The notes under the pieces: generated by a model
What the model was told of the DNA's origin: nothing
The model's input: the letters and a program-made list of their open reading frames with translations, nothing else
Database searches by the model: none
NCBI RefSeq assembly: GCF_009914755.1
Contig: NC_060931.1
Reading direction: 5' to 3' (one strand)
Length of the DNA stretch: 64,000 nucleotides
Origin: the human T2T-CHM13v2.0 reference genome, Homo sapiens
Made by a program: the position numbers and the translations under genes
Shown: positions 46,372-64,000 of the stretch, in pieces
Layout: each line of letters opens with the position of its first letter
Numbering within the stretch: position 1 is the first letter of the stretch

Positions 46372-46700
46372 AATATAATATAATATAATATAATATAATA
46401 TAATATAATATAATATAATATGTAACATAATATAATATGTTGCGATATAATATATGTCAGACATTATATAATGATGTCATATGTAATACATTGTGATATC
46501 ATAATATATTATACCATAATATATATGGTATAATACATTGTGATATCATAACATAACATTTTGATTTTTTAATATATTTTATATTTTTTATAAAATAACA
46601 TAAATTATAATAATATGACATCATATTGGACAAAATTTTATTATATTACATTATATTACATATTGTAGTATATTGTGATATTATAACATAAAATTTTGTC
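46372..46700. repeat. (TATAA)n microsatellite decaying into AT-rich low-complexity sequence
   Basis: Read directly from the sequence. Confidence 0.85.
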
Positions 46701-46933
46701 TTATAATCTTATAAGAAAATTGATTTAAATTTTGTAAAAACATTAGCATATAAACTTAATAGAACCTAAGAAAATTATCTGCTCTCATGTAAATGACCAC
46801 TTTTTCGATAACTCTGCGAAGGCCAGCTATGAGTGTGAAAAGGGTCTGCTACTTACTTTATGAGACATTGACTTCCAAATCATCACTGTTATTAACCAGT
46901 GCCCTTGCAAGATAAGAGAATATTTTACTCTAA

Positions 46934-47266
<333 letters not shown>

Positions 47267-47765
47267 AGAGAGCATTTCCATAGATACCATAATAGGAATT
47301 TTGCTCACTTTGGTTAATAAATTATTATAACTTTTTTGGTTATTAATAGTTTATGTCATTATTAAAAATATACTTCTACAGATAACACATAGCACAGGTG
47401 TTTTGATTTGTCCTTTAACCTCAGGTCAAATTTAAAAATTTTTATTCATCAAATTTTATTTATTTTAAATAAAAGAGACCTTGTATCTACCATGTGCTGT
47501 AACATCTGTACTTTGTTAGAAAGACAAATTCTCAGACAAAACTCATGACTATTTTGAAATTCTCCCTATTTTTATCAAAATCTAGATTTTAGGTAATGTT
47601 TCTAGGTGTTTCCTTTCAATAAAAATCCAAACCAAAACAAATTAAAAATGTGTAGGTAATTCCCATGCATATCAATAATTTTTCAGTGGGGTACTTTTAT
47701 TTTTAAGAGAGGTATTGTTTATATGTATGTATTGATGTGTCAATCCGGTACAGTTAATATTGTAC

Positions 47766-48070
47766 CTTTTTTTTTTTTGACAGCATCTCAATCTGTCAGT
47801 CAAGGTGGAGTGTAGTGATGCAATCACAGCTCACTGCAGCCTTCACCTCCCAGACTCGAGCAATCCTCCCAAGTCAGCATCCCAAATAACTGCACCATCT
47901 ACAAGTGTGCACCATCATGCCCAACTAATTTTTTAAAAATTTTTGTAGAGATGAGGTCTCACTATGTTGCCCTAGTGAGGTCTTGTTATGTTGCCTAGGC
48001 TAGTCTCAAACTCCTGAGCTCTGGCTTCCCAAAGGGATGGAATTACAAATGCAAGCCACTATTTCTGGCC
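47766..48070 (-). mobile_element. AluJ (in tandem-duplication unit 1)
   Basis: Diverged Alu with AluJ features (ATCACAGCTCACTGCAGCC, GTCTCACTATGTTGCC). Confidence 0.88.
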
Positions 48071-48250
48071 AAGATTGGACCTTTCAATGAGCTCACATCT
48101 TACTTTTTTAAAAACCTAATTAAAAGATAAAGTCTGAGTAACAAATGGGTTTACAGTAATGATTATTAACTTGGATACTTCTATTCTTAAAAGAAAAATT
48201 GTTTATATGTGCGTATTGATGTTTTAAGAAGTACAGTTAAGACTGAATCT

Positions 48251-48552
48251 TTCTCTTTTGTTTTTGAGACAGAGTCTCACTCTGTCACCCAGGCTTGTGT
48301 GTAGCTGCCCAGTCGCATCTCACTGAAGCCTCAACCTCCCAGACTCAAGGGATCCTGCTATGTCAGCATCCCAAGTAGCTGGGAATACAGGCATGCACCG
48401 TCATGCCTCATTTTTTTGTGTGTGTTTTTGGTAGTGATGTGGTCTCACTATATTGCCCAGGCTGCTCTCAAACTCCTAAGCTCAAGTGAGCCTCCTGTCT
48501 TGTCATTCCAAAATGGTGGAATTATACAGGCTTACGCCATTGTGCTCAGCCA
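48251..48552 (-). mobile_element. AluJ (in tandem-duplication unit 2)
   Basis: Diverged AluJ with the same flanks as unit 1. Confidence 0.88.
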
Positions 48553-48824
48553 AGATTTTACCTTCAATTAGCACACATCTTACCTCTGAAAAAAATAATA
48601 ATAAAGAATAAAGTCTGGGTAGAAAATGGATTGGAGTATACATAAAACAAATTTGGCACATTATTAGTGGTTGTTGAGCTGGGTAACAGGCGTATTATAC
48701 TGTTTTCTTTATTTTGTATATGTTTTAAATTTTCTGTAATGAAACATGTATACAAATACAAAGTTGATCTACAATGTTAGCTCTTAAGACCTTAGTGACT
48801 TTGGGGAGCAAAAAGAGAGAAAGT

Positions 48825-55637
<6,813 letters not shown>

Positions 55638-55834
55638 TGTTGTAAAATGATGCCTACAATGGATACAGAATTATAAAATTTTTCAAAAATTACCTTCAAA
55701 TCACAAAGGATTTTGCTCACACAAAGATAATATAGATTTCTCAATAAATACATTATAAAATTAAGTGTATTTTTATGACTTCTCACCTGAACAGGATAAA
55801 GCATCCTTTGACACCAGCCAAGAAACAAGAAAAA

Positions 55835-57480
55835 AATTAAACAAATTTAAAAGCATGTCATTCTCATGGATAGGAATAATCAATATCATTAAAATGGCCA
55901 TACTGCCCAAAGCAACTTGTAGATTCAATGCTATTCCCACTAAAGTGCCATTAACATTCTTCACAGAACTAGACAAAAACTATTTTAAAATACATGTGGG
56001 AATAAAGTAGATCCCAAATTGGCAAAGCAATCCTAAGCAAAAAGAAGAAAGCTAGAGCCATCATGGTACCCAACTTCAAAGTGTAATACAGAGCTACAAT
56101 AACCAAAAGGGCATGTTACTAGTATAAGAACACATAGACCAAGTGAATAGAATAGAAAACCCAGAAATAAGACTGCACACCTACAACTATCTTATCTTCA
56201 GCAAACTGGATAAAACCATGCAATGAGGAAAAGATTACCTATTCAATAAATGGTGCTGGGATAACTGGCTAGCCATATGCAGAAGATTGAAACTGGACAC
56301 TTTCCTTACACGATATACAAAAATTTACTCAAGATGAATTGAAGGCTTAAATATAAAACCCCCAAACTATAAAACTCCTGGAAGACAACCTAAGCAACAT
56401 CATTCAGGAGCTAGGCACAGGCAAAAATGTCATGACAAAGATGCCAAAAGCAATTGTAACAAAAGCAAAAAATAACAAATGGTATCAAATTGAACTAAAA
56501 TGCTTCTGCACAGCAAAAGAAACTATCAACAGAGTAGGCAATCTGCAGAATGAGAGGAAATTTTTGCAAATTATGCATCTGACAAAGGTCTAATATCCAA
56601 CACCTATAAGTAGCTTAAACAAGTTTATAAGAAAAAGCAACCCTATTAAAAAGTGCGCAAAGGAGGTGAACAGACACTTCTGAAAAGAAGACATACAGAT
56701 GGCCAATAATCATGTGAAAAAAGCTCAACATCACTGATGACTGGAGAAATGCAAATCAAAACCACAATGAGATACCATCTCACACCATTCAGAATGTCTG
56801 CTATTAAAAAGTCAAAAAATAATAGATGCTGGTGAGATTGTAGAGAAAAAGAAATGCTTATACACTGTTGGTGGGAGTGAAAATTAGTTCAACCAGGTGG
56901 AAGAGAGTGTGGCGATTCCTCAAAGACCTAAAGACAAAAGTACCATTCAACTCAGCAATCTCATTACTGAGTATATACCCAAAGGAATATAAATCATTGT
57001 ATTGTAAAGACACATTCAAACACATGTTATTGCTGCGCTATTCATAATAGCAAAAACGTGGAATCAACCTAAATGCCCATCAATGATAGACCGGATAAAG
57101 AAAATGTGGTACATATGCACCATGGAATACTATGCAGCCATAAAAAAGAAAGAGATCATGTCTTTTGTAGGGACATGAATGGAGTTGGAGGCCATTATCC
57201 TTAATAAACTAATGCAGGAACAGAAAACCAAATACAGCATGTTCTCACTTATAAGTGGGAGCTATGTTATGAGAACACATAGACACACAGAGGAGAACAA
57301 CACACACTGGGGCCTATCAGAGGGTGGCAGTTGGAAGGAAGAAGAGGATCAGGAGAAACAATGAATGGGTACTAGGCGTAATACTTGGGTGATGAAATAA
57401 TCAGCACAACAAATCCCCATGACACATTTACCTATGTAACATACCTGCACATGTACCTCTGAACTTAAATGTTAAAAAAT
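55835..57480 (+). mobile_element. 5'-truncated older L1PA (PA11-13-like) 3' portion
   Basis: ORF2 C-terminal homology; 3'UTR GAGGATCAGGA...ATGGGTACTAGGC...GGGTGATGAAATAATC. Confidence 0.88.
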
Positions 57481-59587
57481 CAATATATACAAGGCAAGAC
57501 GTGAACAAAATTGAGGCCTGTAGTCCCCAACTGGACACCTTACTTTTTTCTGGTGTGTGAAAATTGTTATTAGTCCTTGAGGCATAGATGACTTTTCTCC
57601 CGACCTCCTTGCTTGCTTGCTCCACATGTTCAGGAACTAAGATCTGGGCTGGTCCTCTGTCTCTAAGAAGCCAGGCACCTCACTATGAGAATATGGAGGA
57701 GTGGGGTTTGAGGAAAGTCAGAGGAGAAGGTGAGCTGTGGGAGAAGGGAAAACAGGACAACCAGGCACCTGGGGCCACTTGGTGGCAGTGTGGGCAGGAA
57801 CGGCTGCTATCTAGGCAAGGTGGTCCAGGGTGCCAGGAGTCATTGCTATTCCCAACCTCCATCTAAGAGCACCAGGGCAAATCTCAAGTCATTCCTAAAC
57901 TGGGTGCTCAAGAAACTGAAGAAACAGCAGCTTCAGCTTGGAGTGGCATGAGGGTAGGTGCATTGCCCACCACCTGATGCCCACAGCTTTGTCTGCAGCC
58001 TGGGCCAGGGTGCCCACCAAAACAAGGTTGGTGCAGCTGCCCTCGTACTTCTCTCACCTTCTTCTGTTGTGCAAAATGTTCAGGTGGCTGCATCGCAGGC
58101 AGAGGGGTCAGAGATGTCTACAAGAAGCCCTGCTTGTGTCCTTGGCATGGAGGAGAGAGAAAGGTGGCCAGCTGGTTTGGGTTTTAGGGGGTAAAAACCT
58201 ATAAGACCCTGTCTCTTCAGGGGTTTTTCACTGAAGTCTTAACTGGTCTCCACTCACCTGAGCCTCTGAAAACAGAAGAAATTGGCTCTTTTAGATTTTC
58301 CCAGCCGTAGTGGTCAGGACCGTTGTGTGTGTGGCTCTCTGGAAGCCATTCTACTTCAGGAGTATCCAATCCAGGTGTAGTCAGGGCCTCCCAGCAAAGT
58401 TGCTGAGATGTCTGGGCAGATCTTCTTATTGAAACTGGCCTATCTAGCCTTCAGTGTTGCAGGCCATGTCTGTTGCTTGCAGAAGGCCCCTGCAAGCCTC
58501 AGTGTTGCTGGTCAAGGCCCTGACTCCCTCTTTTTTTGTGTCCCATCTTTCACCTCAACACATGATCCGGAGCACTGACTCTGCCCTTCCTCCCCTTTCC
58601 CAGGACAGGACCCACACCCACTCCACTCTATCAGGGCATGTCTGGACCATATGTGTGTCTCTTTGTTGTTAAAAAAGAGAAAATGATTTAATTGGCTTTT
58701 TCTTTTGACTTCATAGAGCTGATTTATTATTAAAATGTTCATTTTATGGGTAAATATGCATGGAAATTTATACAAAAATGTTAATGATGTGAGAGTAACA
58801 TTCTTACACTTTGTTTGATGATTATGGAGTTGCTATTTCACCTTTCCCTATTTTTATCTTTATGTTTATATGTTCAATGGAAAAACATCCAGTGAAGTCT
58901 CCTCAGTATGATAGACAAAAGTTGTGCAATCAATCATTGATAGATGCACAGTGAAGCGACTTCCAGTTCCCATTTGGAGCTAGAATTAAAAACTCCTGAT
59001 GGTAAACTCACATGATGAGGAGTTATAGAATGCTATCATTTTCTACACGTCCATCTGCCTTCACAGTTGCTGTCTGAACTTGCCAAGGGAAAAAGTGGGC
59101 ATATGTTTTCCTAAGACCTACTCTTCTCCATTTTATAGGTTTCTAGTTCGTGCTTTGTTCAGATTGCCCAGAAGCTGATGATCACAGAGAAGAGGTCATA
59201 TTTGTCATGAGAAAGCTTTCCTGCACCAGGATTCAGTAAAGGCGTTTACCAGCAGGGCCCATGGTGCCTCCAGAGGCAGGATGGTGCTCAAAACCCATCA
59301 CTGAGGCCAGGAAGTGAGGACAAAAGTTGAGGGCTGCCCATAGGAAAGAGAAAAAATGCTCCCTTTGGGTTTCCAAGTAGTTACTGCTTATTGTTGCATC
59401 AGTCTTGCTCCTGACCACGATGTGTTCCTTGTTCATTCTCCTTGGTATCCCACTGATTGTGCATCTATGAAAAAGAAGACAGGATCGGGGGTGGTGCAAA
59501 GAACAACTGCATCCTTCTAGAGCTGATGCCCTGGTGAGCTCTGAAGCACACTTAGCAGAGCCTGAAATCTACTCTCCCTGTGGGGTA

Positions 59588-60063
59588 TGTTGTGAAAAAA
59601 AATCCCCATCTACTCCCATGGGAATGGCAGCAGGTTCAAGAGGCTGAGGAAGGGACCCAGAGCCAGTGAATGAGATATGGAGATTTACTGGGGGCTTACA
59701 TAGAGGGGAGGGAGTCTAGTGTCAGTGGGCTGAGCAGGAGAACCACACTCACTTGCAAAATGCATGCAGTTTGTATAGCATTTTTATTTAGCACCTTCAC
59801 CTGAACAACCTTCACCAGGCAACCTTCGTTTAACACAATGTGAAGGGCTTCAATATCCTGTATGGCCTGCATTCCATGGCCCAGGATGAGACAGGCCAGA
59901 AGCTCAGAGGTTCCTTATAGATAAATAGTGAATCTCCAGGTTGGCTGCTCCTAGATTCCTTAGCTCAGAACTCTGAACACTCATTCAGAAACATTTTCCA
60001 TACAGGGTCAGTCTTCAGGTATGCCCAAGTCAAGTTACCATTGTCAACTGCATCTGCCATACA
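59588..60063 (-). mobile_element. Solo LTR32 (ERVL)
   Basis: Reverse complement TGTATGGCAGATGCA...GAGCTAAGGAATC...AAACTGCATGC...CACAACA; 5-bp TSD GGGT(A/G). Confidence 0.85.
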
Positions 60064-62629
60064 GGGTGGTTCAGGAAGTGGAGGCTGTTTCTACTGAGCA
60101 TCTAGATTCAAAAGTTTGTGCCTCTTTCTACATCTCTGGGTTGATAGGAGCTTATCCAAAAGGCTTGAAGTTTGTACACATTGCTGGTGTGGTTTTTCAA
60201 GTGAATGAGATGGCTCTTTAGTTGGTGGGTTTCATTACTAAAACAGGTGTGACTGAATGTGTAAAGGCTGCTGGGGTGCTCCTTCTCCAGGTTACCATTG
60301 GACCATGAAATTCTGGGGCTCTTTGTTCCAGCCCAACTATTTTCCAAGATGGGACATGTCATGCTGAACCAGACCCTCAAATTGTGGCTTAGGGTGACCA
60401 GCCTGAAGCTGCCCTTTAAAGGGCAGAACTGCCAGGTCTGTGTCTTATTTTCCTTTTCATTCTGCTATATTCCTTGGTATGGAAGCCAGAAACGAGTCTG
60501 AGTATGTGAGAGCTCTATTCCTAGAGTTGGTACTATTGATACAAGTGTCAAGGTAGGTTGAGAGATCTCTCTTCCTGCCACAGCATGAATGAGCAGGAGG
60601 ATTGTGACCCTTAGTGCTTGGCAAACCATAAGATGTGTGGGGTAGAGAAAGAGCTGGTATAAATGACAAGTTGCAGGTCAAATAATTGGAGGCAGAAAGA
60701 GGATGAGACCTACTTAGAACAGTACACACACTGCCTGGGTGCAGCAGAACAGTCAGGCCAGTTCTCTGATTTGGGCCTTGTGCCATGGAATGAACAGGCC
60801 CATTTCTGCTCTGGCCTCGGTGCTGAGTTATTTGGTTCTGGAACCAAATGTGAATTCTGGACTCTGGAATGCCAGTTGGGTTTCACAGGCCAGTAGAGTG
60901 AGGAGGCCCAGGTGGGCCCACAAGAGTGACTGTGGGTGGGCTTACCACACATGAGTGGTGGCTTCTACATCAACACTCACAAGGAAGAGGGATCTTCTCC
61001 CAGTTTCAGACAAGCCCAGGAAGGTCAGAGGCCTATGGAGGCCAGAGAACAAAGAAGGTAATGCCTCAGCCCAGTGCCTTTGCCCCACGTGGCTTATGGT
61101 TTTGGAGACTCAATTTGCTGATCAGGAAAATGAACTGACTGGCTGCTCACTCCACTCTCACCAGGCCACTGCACTGTGCCCATCATGCAGCTTGAGGTAC
61201 GGCCTGTGCTTTGAAAGGCTGGGGAGTCTCTGGGATAAGTTCAGGGCCCTGAGAGGGTTCTACCCCCAAGGACCCCTCATGCCTACCCCTCTGTGCCCAC
61301 CTGACAGCTCAGCATGTCTTCTGGATGCCACCTTCATTGTCTGCTCTGGCCAAGAGCATGTCTCCCCAGGAGAGCTGGGGGCCCAGGATCACTGAAGCCC
61401 AGGTGGGCTGTCCAGCCTCCCTCCAGTGCACAGCCTCAGGCAGCTGCTACCCAGGTTCCCTCCTGGAATGTGATCCCAGGGGACCACAACAGCACATTCT
61501 TTCCTAACCTATTTACTAATCAGTCACTTAATGTTCCAAGATGGATGTGGGCCCTGACACTTTTGATCCTTTCCCTAGCAAGGCTGCATTGGGGTTGCCA
61601 CCTTGATTCCTCTGTTAAAAAAAAAAAAAGCTAGCGGGTGAGATAGGACCCAGGGGCCACGGACAGGACAGGGCACCCTCTAAGGCCCCCGTAGGCAGGA
61701 GGGCTCAGTGGAGTTCCAGGACCCTCTTCAAGGATGGTGCCCGTAGCCCCTCCCTGGACCTCCAAGAGGGTCAACTCCCTCTGCAACCTGCACCCACTAG
61801 TCTCTTGGAGGTGAGCATCCATCCATCTTTGTGCACATGGCTGTCTGCTTCATTTCCACTGGATAGTCTCCTTGGCAGAAACACCCAGGGAATCCTGGTG
61901 GGCCTGTGCCGGATGTTCTGTAAGTACTAAGGTCAGTAAGAGGGGCTTGAAAACTCAAGAATATAATTAATATTATTTTCTGCACTTTACTATCTCAGGG
62001 TTACTTTCCCTCCAAAATGTGTAAAAACAAATAATTGAGATCTCTATCCTTTACATTCTTTTAATTAAGTCATCATACAAACCTTTCATTTTCTTGAAAT
62101 TTATTTTTATGCCATTCATTAAATTTTTGTTTTCTTCATTCAAATTGTTACCTGTTTTAGAGACAAAATTTTTAACATTATATGCTTCACAAATTCTAAT
62201 AGGAAATGGCATTTTATTTATGTAATTACTAATGTAATTAATAAGCGTATTAAAGAAGTAAATAATTGAAGTAAATTTAGTTTATATTATATGAATTATT
62301 TTACATTTTATCTTCTATCTTAAAAAAATTTTAACTAGTTATGCAATTCAAAATTGACAGATATTTTAACTCAGAACTTTAAACATAATATCCATTGATT
62401 TGTGAATTCTATGAAGATGTCAAAATATGAGTTAAAAATCTGTTGTTGCTTTGTAGTTAGCATTTTATATTTCAATGATTCTAAATCACTTCATTTTGGT
62501 GTTAAGCTTTTTAGTTATTATGATGTTTTTAGATATTTGTTGTACTTTCCTTGGTTGATATTTTATTAGTTCTTTAAAATGTTTAAGCATGCCATATTTT
62601 CTCTATTTTGTTCAAAAATCATTAGACAA

Positions 62630-62977
<348 letters not shown>

Positions 62978-63054
62978 TCATTTTTAACTTACTCTAACTT
63001 GTATATTTTCCACTCATTTTTCTCCTTTTCCTGGCATCTAAGTATTTCTTTTAG

Positions 63055-63367
<313 letters not shown>

Positions 63368-63454
63368 TTTTTAGCTCATTCTTTTACTTATACTTTAGCT
63401 CATATTTTTTACTTTGCTGATATCCCTTATATTTATCTAAAAAAACTATGTATA

Positions 63455-63595
63455 TATTTTTTCTTTTTGTATTTTTGTAGAAATGAGGTTATGCTATGTT
63501 GACCAGGCTAGCCTTAAACTCCTGGCCTCAAGTGATTCTCCCGTCTTGGCCTCCCAAAGTGCTGGGATTACAGGCACGTGCCACCATGCCTAGCT
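63455..63595 (-). mobile_element. FLAM / Alu left monomer
   Basis: Single reverse left arm. Confidence 0.82.
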
Positions 63596-64000
63596 TACAT
63601 ATTTTCGGCGCATCTGCTTTGGAATTCCTTGACGTCTAGTTGTACAAGTATTTTATGATGTTATTTCTGAACAAAATTAATTTTTGTGTCCTTTAGTTTG
63701 CATATTTAAAAAAATTACATTGTGTGATTATACTTGACAAGTCTGAACTTAAAAGATTTTCAGTATCTTGGGTTGAGATTTTTTTCCCTCAAAAAAAATT
63801 GTCTGGAATTTTTGTTTTCTTCTCTACATGCATCTGGAAAACATTTAAATTAACTTATTAAATTTTTCTCTACAAAAACTCTGGGTCAATTCAAACCCCA
63901 ATATATCAATACAGCTGGCCTTCCTTCCTACATCAGCCAAGGCACGGACTGACTAGTTTCACTATTTATCTCCCTTTGACTGCAGGCTGCATGCTCTATC

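Overview
Primate (almost certainly human) genomic DNA with no intact protein-coding gene. The combination of a GABPA retrocopy, an NMD3 retrocopy, SLC25A1 and ARAF retrocopies and a VN1R pseudogene suggests the pericentromeric 7q11.21 duplication-rich region; this location is recalled, not verified. Much of the window is Alu, L1, LTR and DNA-transposon sequence. Beneath the repeats are three internal duplications: an old direct duplication (about 922-9425 vs 31862-35165), an inverted one (22345-23392 vs 44401-45164) and a local tandem one (about 47714-48640). The most striking structure is the orphan CpG-island promoter carried by both copies of the direct duplication. Each copy has an RFX X-box followed by a tandem array of ~135-bp units, and every unit holds a divergent pair of ZNF143/THAP11 (SBS, ACTACAnnnCCCAGCATGC-type) motifs at an essentially invariant 57-bp offset. 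Copy B also preserves the empty pre-insertion site of the GABPA retrocopy. The GABPA copy keeps a single reading frame disabled only by ATG>ACG and one TGG>TGA. Repeat subfamily calls come from recalled consensus sequences, and all similarity statements are by eye.
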